From: an uncultured Oscillospiraceae bacterium
Lineage (GTDB): Bacteria; Bacillota; Clostridia; Oscillospirales; Acutalibacteraceae
Assembly (NCBI GenBank): GCA_900547095.1
Contig: URFG01000004.1
Span: 16,001-80,000 of the forward strand
Length of the DNA: 64,000 nucleotides
Reading direction: 5' to 3'
The notes under the pieces were generated by a model, which did not search any database, had not been told where the DNA came from, and saw only the letters and a list, made by a program, of their open reading frames with translations. Shown here in pieces: positions 19,711-30,400 of the stretch. Both the position numbers and the translations under genes were made by a program. Every line of letters starts with the position of its first letter. Within the stretch, counting starts at the first letter, position 1.

Positions 19711-20406
19711 TTAAATTCCGAAAACCTGTGAATTTGTTCCGTAAAAAATATCTTTTCTGTTTGCAAGCTCTTTGCAGATATCTTCAAACCAGCTCCAGGA
19801 ATTATCGGTATCAAACTCAAAAGAATGTCCCCAGATATAGAAAAGCTTGGGGGAATCGGGTTTAAGATCGATAAATTTTTTTGTAAGTTCCTCTATCGAT
19901 TTATGATCTGCCTGCCTTTCGGTGGGATCAAAGCGGATAAGATCACTTTGAAGATCAAAGCTTTTTGTGGAAGTTATAGTTCTTGAATATTTTATACCCG
20001 TATTTTCTTTGATAAGCTTTGCTACCCGCTCGTCATTATTCTTTCCGCCGCAGGGATATGCCATTCCCTTAACTTCATATCCGACAAGCTTTGAAAGATT
20101 TATCCTGTCTGTTTCAACCTGCCTTATAACTTCTTCATCGGGCAAAGAAGTTAAAAGCGGATGAGTAAGCGTGTGAGCGGCAACCTCGTGGTCCTTATAT
20201 ATCTTTGCGATTTCGCAGTCCCTCGGCTTGCAGTGAGCAACTGTTACATCATCTCTTATAAGCGAGCCCGCCTTGCCTAAAAGCTCCGAATTTATATTGA
20301 AAGTGCATTTAAGATCATATTTATTAAATATTTCTATAAGTCTTTGATCCTGGGTAATTCCGTCGTCAAAGCTGAAAGTGAGCGCTTTTAATTTTCCGTC
20401 AAACAT
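19711..20406 (-). CDS. Polysaccharide deacetylase (CE4 / NodB homology domain)
   Basis: LTFSFDDG (the TFDDG motif of NodB domain) with downstream His motifs. Start probably at MFDGKLKALTF. Confidence 0.75.
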   Translation of the reverse strand: MFDGKLKALTFSFDDGITQDQRLIEIFNKYDLKCTFNINSELLGKAGSLIRDDVTVAHCKPRDCEIAKIYKDHEVAAHTLTHPLLTSLPDEEVIRQVETDRINLSKLVGYEVKGMAYPCGGKNNDERVAKLIKENTGIKYSRTITSTKSFDLQSDLIRFDPTERQADHKSIEELTKKFIDLKPDSPKLFYIWGHSFEFDTDNSWSWFEDICKELANRKDIFYGTNSQVFGI

Positions 20407-20878
20407 CTCGGTCCCTCTGAGCCATAACGCTTTCGAAATACTCAAAAGCATTATCTCTCACGCTTTCCATTTTATTCTTAATTTCCGCATCTAAGTCCTG
20501 ATTTTCAGAAATTGCAAGAATTTCAGACTTCGCGACCTCGGTTCTTCCCAAAATCAAATTTATAAGTTCTTTATTTTCGCCTGTTTTTTCATTTGATAAT
20601 TCGTTAGATAACTCTGTCGCTTTTAAAACGACCTCGCCTATAATATCCGAGCCGAAAGAAGTGATATCATCAATTATTTCGGAATCTTCTATAATTTTAG
20701 GTTCTTCTTTTGTTTCGGGCAAAGATTTTTTAGTTTCTTCCGTTTCGGATTTTAAAAGCTCTTTAATGCGCGCGTCTTTTTTGGAAATTTCCTTTTTAAG
20801 AAGCGCAAGCTCGATTTCAAGGTGCTTCACCTGCTCAAAAAGCAGAGTATTCTGTTCAAGAAGCTTTTTCTTTCTCAC
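20399..20878 (-). CDS. Hypothetical coiled-coil protein
   Basis: 159 aa. N-terminal heptad-rich E/K region, no recognisable catalytic motif. Confidence 0.4.
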   Translation of the reverse strand: MRKKKLLEQNTLLFEQVKHLEIELALLKKEISKKDARIKELLKSETEETKKSLPETKEEPKIIEDSEIIDDITSFGSDIIGEVVLKATELSNELSNEKTGENKELINLILGRTEVAKSEILAISENQDLDAEIKNKMESVRDNAFEYFESVMAQRDRDV

Positions 20879-21342
20879 AAGCTTTTCTCCCTTTTTTTAA
20901 AATAAAGCGAAACTAAAATAACAGCTATAAGAGCCGCCGATGAATCTATCAGCATATCTCTTAATTCGCAGCTCCTGCCGGGAACAAAATACTGATGAAT
21001 TTCATCGCTCACCGAGTAAAGCGCGCAAAGCGCAAAAGCAAGCAAAGAGCGAACTATAAATTTAGGTTTTTTCAAATTTAAAAATGTCAGTGCAGAAAAG
21101 ATACCTAAAACAAAATAAATGCTGAAATGAGCGGATTTTCTGACAGGAAAGGTAAGATCGCTTACCACTTTTTCTTTTTCTTTCTCATTTAATTCTTTGA
21201 ATTTCGGCGAAACGGTGCTTAGCACTTTCACAGTGAAAGAATCGCTCGTTTTATCGGAGGCTGCGGAATTCTGAGCGCTGAAACAGAAAATCAGAACCAT
21301 ACAAAGAACGGTAAGAATTCCGAAGATAACAGATTTATTCAT
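20875..21342 (-). CDS. VanZ-family membrane protein
   Basis: 155 aa. RKSAHF and SDEIHQYFVPGRSCELRDMLIDS match VanZ-like family signatures. Confidence 0.7.
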   Translation of the reverse strand: MNKSVIFGILTVLCMVLIFCFSAQNSAASDKTSDSFTVKVLSTVSPKFKELNEKEKEKVVSDLTFPVRKSAHFSIYFVLGIFSALTFLNLKKPKFIVRSLLAFALCALYSVSDEIHQYFVPGRSCELRDMLIDSSAALIAVILVSLYFKKREKSL

Positions 21343-22565
21343 TACAGCTTCATATTTCCTCTTATATAAGTAAGAAGAGTTCCGCCTAAAAGTCTGACAT
21401 TATTGCGTTTTACTTCAACATGGAGATGATAGCCTGTCGAGTTGCCGGTAGTGCCCACATAGCCGATCACCTGACCTTGCTTAACATGAGCGCCGTTTGA
21501 AACGGCAGTTCTCATCATATGTGCATAAAGAGTAATATATGTGTTACCGGTGGGAGTGCGGCCGTGGTCGATAGTTACATAATTTCCGTAGCTTGCCATT
21601 CCGTAAGTTCCCATAGAGGCATTCCACCCGCTCTGAACTCCTACTACAACTCCGTCAGCCATAGCTAAAATAGGAACACCCGGTGTTCTGTTAGTAGGAA
21701 TATCATACCCGGTGTGACCGCCGTAGGTAGTTGCATTATAATAACCCGGAAGAGGCCAGATAAACCTCTCCGCATCAAGAACGATATTGACATTTGAATT
21801 CAAATTCAAAAGATAATTCTGTCTTTCTCTTATCTGTGATTCAAGCTCTTTATTCTGCTTAACAGTGGTGCTTTGCTGAGAAGAAATGCTGTTTAAGGTG
21901 TTTTGCTCCTTTGCCCTATCGGCTTCAAGCTCTTTTCGCTTTTCGGCAATAGTGTTTTTAAGGGCAACCTGATCGTTTAAAAGCTTTTCATTTTCCGCAT
22001 TTTTATCCCGGAGCTCTTTTATAGCGACTTCCAATTTCTCCATAAGCGCTTTATCGTGAGAGCTTACCGCTTTCATAAGCTGAGAAAGCTGAAGATACTC
22101 GGCAAAACTTTGCGCTCCGAATAAAACCTTTATATTACTGTCCGTATTGCTCATATAAGAAGCACGGAGTCTTTTCTTGAATGTGAGTTTATCAGATTCG
22201 ATCTCTTTATTTTTTTCATCTATCTGCGCATTATTGGCGGCAATCTTTGAATTTATTGAGCTTATCTGCTTATTGCAGGCTATAATTTGGCTTTCAACAA
22301 CATTCATCTTTTTCTGAATGGTGCTGACAACCGCCTTCTGATTATTCTTTTGCTTGCTGAGCGATGATATCTGCTTTTCAAGCTCGCGCGACTGCCTTTC
22401 AAGCTCATTTATTTCATTCTGAACCTGAGAAGCCGACTTTGCGGCAGAAGTATTTGAAAAAGAAGAAAACGAAACGGCCGAAGTTATCATCAGCACAGAT
22501 AAAAATACCGAAATAATTCTATTCGATTTCATAGCTATCATCCTTAAAAAATTATATTGCCGCAA
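21342..22565 (-). CDS. M23 family peptidase with N-terminal coiled-coil (EnvC/PcsB-like murein hydrolase, FtsEX partner)
   Basis: Signal peptide, long coiled-coil, C-terminal M23 motifs (HTGYD, GYHLHVEV). Directly downstream of ftsEX. True start probably MKSNRII (22532). Confidence 0.75.
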   Translation of the reverse strand: MRQYNFLRMIAMKSNRIISVFLSVLMITSAVSFSSFSNTSAAKSASQVQNEINELERQSRELEKQISSLSKQKNNQKAVVSTIQKKMNVVESQIIACNKQISSINSKIAANNAQIDEKNKEIESDKLTFKKRLRASYMSNTDSNIKVLFGAQSFAEYLQLSQLMKAVSSHDKALMEKLEVAIKELRDKNAENEKLLNDQVALKNTIAEKRKELEADRAKEQNTLNSISSQQSTTVKQNKELESQIRERQNYLLNLNSNVNIVLDAERFIWPLPGYYNATTYGGHTGYDIPTNRTPGVPILAMADGVVVGVQSGWNASMGTYGMASYGNYVTIDHGRTPTGNTYITLYAHMMRTAVSNGAHVKQGQVIGYVGTTGNSTGYHLHVEVKRNNVRLLGGTLLTYIRGNMKL

Positions 22566-23577
22566 ATTCGCTGCCCTCTCGCCTTAAATACTTTCCGATT
22601 ATGATAACGCTTCCGAGCACTCCTGCAATTATGCCCACTCCTATGAATATCAAAAGCAGCTGCCAGGAAAGCGAGCTGAATTTAACCAAAGAATCGGGGC
22701 CGAAAGATTTAACGATCGTTTCAGTAGCGACGCGGTAGCAGAAATAAATGAGTCCCTCCGCTATCAGAGCCGAAACTGTTCCGATAAGAATACCCTCTAC
22801 AACAAACGGAATTCTTACGAACGAATCGGTCGCTCCGACCGCTTTCATAATGCTTATTTCAAGCTTTCTGTTATACATTGTAATACGAATTGTGTTACAA
22901 ACTATAACCAAAGATATAATAATCAATATTGCCATAATAACTGCTCCGGCAACCGCAATGCCGTTTTTGATAGAAGTTATCTTCTCTGCGGTATCGCTGT
23001 TTGACTGGATAACATCAACACCGTCAAGTGCTTTTATTTTATCAAGCGTTGCGTCAAACAGGGACATATCGGTCATAGTGACTTTTGCGGAGGCGGAAAT
23101 GGGATTTCCGTACTCATCGTTTAAAAAGTTGAATAACTCTCCCTGGCTTTCGTCAAGCATAGCTGCCTTGGCGTTTTTAAGCCCGGCTTCACTCGAAATA
23201 TATTCGACTTCCTTGACATTCGGAATCTTTTTTATCTCTTCGCAGAGCTTTTTGCCCTCTTCATCATCGTGAATGATATAATCACTCTTTTTTATACCGT
23301 TTTTATCAGCCTGCTCTTCGGACTGCGTTTCGGAAGAAGAGGCATCTTTCTTATCCGAATAAAGCGCCCAATTATAGTCTTTCATATAGACAATAACGAC
23401 ATTTTCCTGCTCAAGTCTGCCTATAGCTTTATCGGCGCATGCAGATATAAGCACCGCAAGACCGATTATGACCATACACGCAACAAGCACGCCAATAGAA
23501 GCAAGCGACATCAATCTGTTTGCCCAGGTGTTTTTAACTCCCTCTTTGCAAAGGTATTTCACGCTTTGAATTTTCAT
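22552..23577 (-). CDS. ftsX: Cell division ABC transporter permease FtsX
   Basis: 341 aa with FtsX topology (N-terminal TM, large extracellular loop, 3 C-terminal TMs). Follows ftsE. Confidence 0.8.
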   Translation of the reverse strand: MKIQSVKYLCKEGVKNTWANRLMSLASIGVLVACMVIIGLAVLISACADKAIGRLEQENVVIVYMKDYNWALYSDKKDASSSETQSEEQADKNGIKKSDYIIHDDEEGKKLCEEIKKIPNVKEVEYISSEAGLKNAKAAMLDESQGELFNFLNDEYGNPISASAKVTMTDMSLFDATLDKIKALDGVDVIQSNSDTAEKITSIKNGIAVAGAVIMAILIIISLVIVCNTIRITMYNRKLEISIMKAVGATDSFVRIPFVVEGILIGTVSALIAEGLIYFCYRVATETIVKSFGPDSLVKFSSLSWQLLLIFIGVGIIAGVLGSVIIIGKYLRREGSEFAAI

Positions 23578-24314
23578 CAGTCCACACCTCCTGCCGCGTT
23601 ATCGGCAACAATATGGCCGGAATCGAGCATAATAACGCGATGATGAAAATCACGAACGAGATTATGATCGTGAGTCACCATAAGAATAGTGGTTCCGCGC
23701 TTATTGATCTCGGTGAGCAAAGAAACTATTTCGTAAGACATATTGGGGTCGACATTACCCGTAGGCTCGTCCGCAATAATAAGCTCGGGTGAATTAACGA
23801 GTGCTCGGGCAAGACCTACTCTCTGCTGTTCGCCGCCCGAAAGCTGGCACGGCATTGATCTTGCTTTATCGCCGAGGCCCACTTTTGAAAGAGCTTTAGA
23901 TACTTTTATTCTTATTTCTCTGTTTGAAGCTCCTACCACATGCATAGCAAAAGCCACATTTTCAAAAACATTCATAGTGGGAATAAGCCTGAAATCCTGG
24001 AAAACTATTCCCATTGTGCGCCTGAGCATAGGCACCTCACGGCGGGGCATTTTAGTTAAATTAAAACCGTTGACGGTAATAAGACCGGTGTTAGCTTTTT
24101 CTTCGCGCATAATAAGCTTTAAAAACGTACTTTTACCGGCTCCCGAAGAGCCTACCACGAATACAAATTCTCCGCTGTTTATCCTTACATTGAGGTCCTC
24201 CACAGCGTGAGTGCCCGTAGGATAAGTTTTTGAAACGCCGCGAAATTCAATTATAGTCTTAGAGGGGCTTTCGGGAATAATTATTCCCGGCTGCTCTGAA
24301 TTTTCGATAGACAT
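23577..24314 (-). CDS. ftsE: Cell division ATP-binding protein FtsE
   Basis: Walker A GSSGAGKST, ABC signature LSGGEQQRV, Walker B IIADEPTGNVD. Confidence 0.85.
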   Translation of the reverse strand: MSIENSEQPGIIIPESPSKTIIEFRGVSKTYPTGTHAVEDLNVRINSGEFVFVVGSSGAGKSTFLKLIMREEKANTGLITVNGFNLTKMPRREVPMLRRTMGIVFQDFRLIPTMNVFENVAFAMHVVGASNREIRIKVSKALSKVGLGDKARSMPCQLSGGEQQRVGLARALVNSPELIIADEPTGNVDPNMSYEIVSLLTEINKRGTTILMVTHDHNLVRDFHHRVIMLDSGHIVADNAAGGVD

Positions 24315-24336
24315 TTTAAAGGTGTCTTCCTCTCTT

Positions 24337-25413
24337 TTAATACTTTATCGGATTGCTCTTTAAATATTTATTTACCATAAGAGCAATTTTAAAGATTATG
24401 GCGTGATCAAATTCTCGAAGATCAAGACCTGTTATCTTTTTAATCTTTTCAAGCCTGTAAACCAGCGTGTTTCTGTGAACAAAAAGCTTTCTTGAAGTTT
24501 CGGAAACATTAAGGTTGTTTTCAAAGAAACGCTGAATGGTGAATAAGGTTTCCTGATCGAGAGTATCGATTGATCCTCTTTTGAATACCTCGCGCAAGAA
24601 TGTTTCGCAAAGGGTGGTGGGAAGCTGATAAATAAGTCTTGCTATTCCGAGGTTATTATAAGAAATTATAGTTTTCTCGGTATCGAAAACTTTTCCGACT
24701 TCCAAAGCCGTTTGCGCTTCTTTGAATGAGCGGGCAAGGTCTTTTAGGTTATCGACAGTCGTTCCTATTCCTATAACCGCTCTTACATAGAATTCGCCCG
24801 AAATAGTATCTGCTATCGAAGAAGCAAGATTTTCAATATCCTTAGGCTCTATCTCAGGGGGAGTTTCTTTAACGAGCGCAATATCTGTTTCATTTATATT
24901 GATAATAAAATCCTTTGATTTATCGGGAAAGAGGTTTTGCAGAACATCATAAACCGACACATCGTTAAGCTCAAGATTTCTGATAAGTATACAGGTGCGG
25001 TTGACCTCACTGTTAAAATAAAGCTCTCTCGCTTTAAGATAAATATCTCCGGGGAGAATATTATCAAGAATTATGTTTTTAATGAAATTGCCGCGGTCAT
25101 ATTTTTCATCATAATAATATTTGATATTAGCGAAAGCAACTGCTAAAACAGAGGCATATTTATCCGAAATAATATCATCGCCCTCAACAAAAACGGTATA
25201 ATCGCCGCCGTTTTTATTTCCGAGAGATTTAAAAGTAAAGCCTTCGGCAGTCACAGTTTCTCCGGAGCTTACTGAAACAGCCGAAAACTGATCGCCGATA
25301 TTGCCAAGCTCACTGCATGCAATAACAATAAAATTCTCATCAAGGACGCCGAAAGTTTTATCAATAGAATCTTTCATCTGGTGGATAACACCCTGAAACA
25401 AGCGATTTGACAT
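24337..25413 (-). CDS. PucR/CdaR-family transcriptional regulator (C-terminal HTH)
   Basis: 358 aa. C-terminal LNVSETSRKLFVHRNTLVYRLEKIKKITGLDL HTH typical of the PucR family. Confidence 0.65.
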   Translation of the reverse strand: MSNRLFQGVIHQMKDSIDKTFGVLDENFIVIACSELGNIGDQFSAVSVSSGETVTAEGFTFKSLGNKNGGDYTVFVEGDDIISDKYASVLAVAFANIKYYYDEKYDRGNFIKNIILDNILPGDIYLKARELYFNSEVNRTCILIRNLELNDVSVYDVLQNLFPDKSKDFIININETDIALVKETPPEIEPKDIENLASSIADTISGEFYVRAVIGIGTTVDNLKDLARSFKEAQTALEVGKVFDTEKTIISYNNLGIARLIYQLPTTLCETFLREVFKRGSIDTLDQETLFTIQRFFENNLNVSETSRKLFVHRNTLVYRLEKIKKITGLDLREFDHAIIFKIALMVNKYLKSNPIKY

Positions 25414-25447
25414 CTATTTTACACACCCTGTCTGTTATAATATTATT

Positions 25448-25476
25448 ATTGTACACAAATTTCGCCTTTTTTTCAA
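25448..25476 (-). promoter_or_regulatory. Sigma-A-type promoter for the PucR regulator (-35 TTGAAA / 17 nt / -10 TACAAT), with tandem AAAGTTACAAAA repeats just upstream at 25491-25514
   Basis: Read directly from the minus strand. Confidence 0.45.
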
Positions 25477-25574
25477 GTGGATATACGAAAAAAGTTACAA
25501 AAAGTTACAAAATAAAACCATGGATTTCTTTAAAGCGCGAAAGGATAAAAACAAAGACGTCAGCTTTAAAAAAG

Positions 25575-25889
25575 CTAAACCGTCTTTTTGGGCAAGGGTA
25601 AATCATTGTACAAAGTAATAAACAGCTTTGCCAGAAACTCTTTGTTGTCGACCTCGTCGACTGACAGCATTTCTTTCGCGCCTTTATACGGCGGCTCGCA
25701 AATAGCGTTAGGCATAAGTTTTAAAGCGGAACTTGTTTTCTTTACAAGTAACCGATCATCATATATTCCGCCGACGATTTTGCCGCGGTAATAGAGGATA
25801 TATTCTCTCATCATAGCACGATAAGAAACATCGCTTAAATCTGATAACTGCTCCAAAATAAAACAAAGATATTCTTTGCTTGACGCCAT
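25575..25889 (-). CDS. TfoX N-terminal domain protein
   Basis: 104 aa. LCFILEQL...REYILYYRGKIVGGIYDDRLLVK resembles TfoX_N family proteins. Confidence 0.5.
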   Translation of the reverse strand: MASSKEYLCFILEQLSDLSDVSYRAMMREYILYYRGKIVGGIYDDRLLVKKTSSALKLMPNAICEPPYKGAKEMLSVDEVDNKEFLAKLFITLYNDLPLPKKTV

Positions 25890-25921
25890 TTTATCACACC
25901 TTTTTTTGCCGATTTTCCTTA

Positions 25922-26161
25922 TTAAAACAGCTGACAGAGAAGTTTTAAATTTTCCTTTTTAGGAAAAGCTTTTTCAAATTTTTCAAAACCCTTAGGGTCT
26001 TTCTCGCAGACAAAATATCCCTCGGGATCTTCTGCGCATATCTCGCCCGATTTGATAAAAGCGCGGAAAATATCTGCGTGATAATCTACTATCATCTCCA
26101 CATATTGCTTTGAATAAAGCTTTGCAAGTTCATTAGAACGGAACTGCTCAATAGTCATCAT
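25922..26161 (-). CDS. Hypothetical small protein
   Basis: 79-aa ORF with no recognisable motif. Confidence 0.3.
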   Translation of the reverse strand: MMTIEQFRSNELAKLYSKQYVEMIVDYHADIFRAFIKSGEICAEDPEGYFVCEKDPKGFEKFEKAFPKKENLKLLCQLF

Positions 26162-26204
26162 TCGGCGAAATCGGCTGATAGTTTCGTTATGAAGAGAATA
26201 CGTA

Positions 26205-26615
26205 TCATAAAATTATTCTTGCTATTTCCATTGTTGCGATCTTGATTACCGCTCCGCCCGACATAATATAAAACCATATTTCTCTTACTTTCTGCGATTT
26301 TGCCATCGGCGTGCCGATAGCGGCAATTATAATCAGCAGCGCACCGATACAGCCAACAATCGTCGGAATGCTCAAAAGCGCAAATATTCCGGGCGCACAG
26401 CTGCCGTCTATAGAGTGCTGAATGGTTTTATCAAGACCGTCGCGCGCGGCGGCAAAGCAACAAACGACAAGGCCGAAAATCAGCAAAATTGCGCTCCTGC
26501 GCCCCCAATATGAAATATTTGAGCGATTAAAGATCGAATATCCGATAAATCCGAGCAATGCAAGGATCATCAAGGTTGTCGCCGTGGTGACAGCGTTTTC
26601 AAAATAAAGTTTCAT
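26205..26615 (-). CDS. Hypothetical membrane protein (4 TM)
   Basis: 136 aa, hydrophobic segments only. Confidence 0.35.
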   Translation of the reverse strand: MKLYFENAVTTATTLMILALLGFIGYSIFNRSNISYWGRRSAILLIFGLVVCCFAAARDGLDKTIQHSIDGSCAPGIFALLSIPTIVGCIGALLIIIAAIGTPMAKSQKVREIWFYIMSGGAVIKIATMEIARIIL

Positions 26616-26653
26616 AAAATCTCACTTTCTTTAAAAAAATACTTTACAGTTTT

Positions 26654-27268
26654 TCACTTTTTGTAGTCCGCTTCTATTTTCGCAATAAAGCGGTCAATAT
26701 GATCCAGAAGCAACCGCGAAACGCTTTCTTTTTCCTCTGCCTTATCATAAATGCTGTAAAGCAGGAACATCGGACCGTAAAACTCAAGCGCCAGCTGCAT
26801 AGCGCTAGAGTCTGAATCAGTCAGTTTCCGGAAAATAGCCGACATATATTCTGTCGGTCCAGTTGCAAGATAATCGTGATAAAGCCCGCAAAGCTTCGGA
26901 TCGCGGTATTGCTCCAAAGTCAGCATTTTTCTTAAATTTGAAGAAAAAGGCTCCTTTGTCCAATGGTCAAATTGCGCCGCCGCATAAGCTTTTATCTTAT
27001 TTATCGGCGCGTTTAAGTAGGCTTCTGCAAAACCGTCAGGTTCGGTTTCGGGCATTTCGTATTCTTCGGCGCGATCATAGTCCGTTTTATTCATTCGCTC
27101 AACAATGCTGTCAAGTATTTCCTGCTTGCTTAAATAGTGCTTATAAAGAGCGCCTTTGGTGATTTGCAGTTTGCTTGCTATATCGCTCATAGAAGTACCC
27201 TTATATCCGCTGACGGCGAACAGCTCAAGCGCCGCTTCTAAAATTCGCTCTTTTGTATTCCCTGACAT
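26654..27268 (-). CDS. TetR/AcrR-family transcriptional regulator
   Basis: N-terminal HTH TKERILEAALELFAVSGYKGTSMSDIASKLQITKGALYKHY. Start set at MSGNTKE (RBS AAAGGA, 9 nt spacing). Palindromic AGTAACCGAA...TTCGGTTACT operator-like sequence at 27293-27335 in its 5' region. Confidence 0.8.
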   Translation of the reverse strand: MSGNTKERILEAALELFAVSGYKGTSMSDIASKLQITKGALYKHYLSKQEILDSIVERMNKTDYDRAEEYEMPETEPDGFAEAYLNAPINKIKAYAAAQFDHWTKEPFSSNLRKMLTLEQYRDPKLCGLYHDYLATGPTEYMSAIFRKLTDSDSSAMQLALEFYGPMFLLYSIYDKAEEKESVSRLLLDHIDRFIAKIEADYKK

Positions 27269-27353
27269 AAATTTCATTCCTTTAAGATAAAGTAACCGAA
27301 TGGTCACTTTAATTATAGCAACCGTTCGGTTACTTGTCAAATTTTTTACAAAA

Positions 27354-27396
27354 AAATAACCGGAAGGCTTTTACACCTTCCGGTTTTATACCGCTT
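27354..27396 (-). terminator. Rho-independent terminator downstream of PFOR
   Basis: ACCGGAAGGTGTAAAAGCCTTCCGGT stem-loop followed by a T-run on the minus strand. Confidence 0.6.
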
Positions 27397-27410
27397 AACT
27401 TTAACGGAGA

Positions 27411-30400
27411 TTACTTTCCGTAAAGCTCAACAAGCTTTTCAAGATGAGCTCTTCTTGCCTTAGCAGTCTGGGCCGCCTTATCAAAGAGCTGCTCTGCGCG
27501 CTCGGGGAAAGAACGGGTAAGAGAAGAATATCTTGCTTCACCGAGAATAAACTCTTTATAATCGGTGGTAGCAGGCTTGCTGTCTAAGCTGAACGGGTTC
27601 TTACCCTCTGCTTTGAGAGCAGGATTGTAACGGAAAAGATCCCAATATCCGCAGTCAACAGCTTTCTTCATTTCTTTCTGGCAGTTAACCATTCCGCCCT
27701 TAATTGAGTGCATTTCGCAGGGGGCGTAACCGATAACAAGCGACGGACCGTCATAAGCCTCAGCCTCTTTTAAAGCCTTGAGCGTCTGATTCTGATCTGC
27801 GCCCATTGCAACCTGAGCTACATAGATATAGCCATAAGACATAGCTATCTCTGCAAGGCTCTTCTTAGCTATTGCTTTACCGGCAGCTGCGAACTGTGCG
27901 ACCTGGCCGATATTGGAAGCCTTGGAAGCCTGACCGCCTGTATTGGAGTAAACTTCGGTATCGAATACCATAATGTTTACATTTCTTCCGCTTGCGAGAA
28001 CATGGTCAACACCACCGAAGCCGATATCGTAAGCCCAGCCGTCGCCGCCGAATATCCAAACGGATTTCTTGGAAAGATACTCGGAATTCTCAAGGATATC
28101 CTTGCATTTATCGCAATCAGCGCCCGAAGCCTTGATAGCGGCAGTTAAAGCCTTGGAAGCTTCTGCATTTGATTTAGCGTCATTAAGTGTTTCGAGGTAC
28201 TTATCAGCGGCAGCCTTAACTTCTGCGGAAGCCTTATCGGATTCCGAGATAGCCTTAGCGTCGTCAATAAGGCGCTCTCTTATAGCTGTCTGACCGAGGA
28301 ACATACCATAACCGTGCTCGGCGTTATCCTCAAAGAGGGAGTTTGCCCAGGCAGGACCGTGGCCCTCTGCATTAGTGGTGTAAGGCGAAGTAGCCGCAGG
28401 ACCGCCCCAGATAGAAGAACAGCCTGTTGCATTAGAAATATACATTCTGTCGCCGAAGAGCTGAGTGATAAGTCTTGCATAAGAGGTTTCGGCACAGCCT
28501 GCGCAGGAGCCCGAGAACTCAAGAAGCGGCTTTTTGAACTGTGAAGTGATAACATTTGCGTCTGTAGCAACTTCTTTTTTCTCCGAAACATTTGCTACGC
28601 AGTAGTCAAATACTTTCTGCTCATCAAGCTGTGATTCCTGAGAAACCATTTTAAGAGAAGCAGTCGGGCAAACGCCTACGCATACTCCGCATCCCATACA
28701 GTCAAGCGGAGAAACGGTAAGAGCATAAGTATATCCCTTACTCGAAACGGTTTTTTCTTTAACCGCATACTTTGTATTAGCGGGAGCATTTGCTTTTTCA
28801 TCATCGGAAAGAGCAAACGGGCGAAGTGTTGCGTGAGGGCAGACAAACGCACATTTGTTACATCCGATACAGGTTTCATTATTCCACTCGGGAACCATAA
28901 CTGCAACGCCGCGTTTCTCAAATGCGGAAGCGCCCTGCTCAAAAGTACCGTCAGCGTGATCGGTGAATGCGGAAACAGGAAGCTCATAGCCGTTCATAAG
29001 GCCGACCGGTTTCATAATTCCGTCAACCATTTTAACGAGCTTTTCAGGTCCGTTTTCAGTAACGGCAGTCTTAACATCTTCGGCATCAGCCCATGAAGCG
29101 GGAACATCTACCTGAACAAATGCGGTTGCACCGGCGTCGATAGCCTTTTCGTTCATTTCAACGATCTCTTTACCCTTCTTCATAAACTTCTGTGCTTTTT
29201 CTTTCATATATCCGATAGCTTCATCAACAGGAAGAACCTTTGCAAGAGCGAAGAAAGCGGACTGCAAAACAGTATTTGTACGCTTGCCGAGGCCTATTTT
29301 TGCCGCGATATCGATAGCGTTAACAGTGTAAAGCTTGATATTATTCTTAGCGATATAACGCTTAGCCTCTGCGGGCATATGGCGGTCAAGCTCTTCAGCG
29401 TTCCACTGGCAGTTGATAAGGAATACGCCGCCGGGCTTAACATCGTTAACCATCTTATAGCCTTTGATAACATAAGACGGGTTATGACAAGCAACGAAAT
29501 CGGCCTTATTTATGTAATAAGGGCTCTTAATAGGCTTATCGCCGAAACGGAGGTGGGATACTGTGATACCGCCTGTTTTCTTTGAGTCATACTGGAAGTA
29601 AGCCTGAACATACTTATCGGTATGGTCGCCGATTATCTTGATAGAGTCTTTGTTGGCACCTACAGTACCGTCGCCGCCGAGACCCCAGAATTTGCACTCG
29701 ATAGTGCCCTCTGCGGCAGTGTTCGGAGCTTCCTCTTCTTCAAGAGAAAGGTTAGTAACATCATCGACAATTCCGATAGTGAACTGAGCCTTGGGAGCGT
29801 CTTTAGAAAGCTCTTTATAAACTGCAAAAATGCTGGCAGGAGGAGTATCCTTAGAGCCTAAGCCGTAGCGGCCGCCGATAACGGTGTCAACCTTTCTGCC
29901 TGTTGCGGCAAGAGCGCCTACAACATCCATATAAAGAGGCTCGCCGAGAGCGCCGGGCTCTTTTGTACGATCTAAAACAGCAATTTTCTTAACTGTTTCA
30001 GGGATAGCCTCTACGAGCTTTTCGGCAGAGAAAGGACGATAAAGACGAACCTTAACAAGACCTACCTTTTCACCCTTTGCGGTGAGATAATCGATAACTT
30101 CTTCGGCAACATCACATACAGAGCCCATAGCGATTATTACGCGCTCAGCATCAGCCGCGCCGTAATAGTTAAAGAGCTTGTAATCAGTGCCGAGCTTGGC
30201 ATTGACTTTGCCCATATATTCTTCGACGATTCCCGGAACAGCGTCATAATACTTATTACATGCCTCTCTGTTCTGGAAGAAAATATCGTCGTTCTCGTGA
30301 GAGCCGCGCATAACGGGGTGCTCAGGATTGAGAGCGCGCTTACGGAAAGCCTTTACAGCGTCCATATCGCACATTTCTTTAAGATCCTCATAATCCCAGA

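Noticed and set aside
19190-19714. 174-aa plus-strand ORF spanning the aminotransferase 5' end and the whole repeat-bracketed control region
   Set aside because: Overlaps a confident CDS in antisense and has no RBS. The signal in this region is the repeat architecture, not coding.
22748-23272. 174-aa plus-strand ORF within ftsX
   Set aside because: Antisense to a conserved ftsX. Serine-rich, low-complexity translation.
25491-25514. Tandem AAAGTTACAAAA direct repeat considered as a possible CRISPR or repeat array
   Set aside because: Only two 12-bp copies with no spacers. More consistent with a regulator-binding site upstream of the pucR-like promoter. No CRISPR array or cas genes anywhere in the window.
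28069-29861. Multiple short ORFs on both strands inside the PFOR gene
   Set aside because: PFOR is continuous and strongly conserved over its 1180 aa. Internal ORFs are byproducts of the GC-richer sequence.
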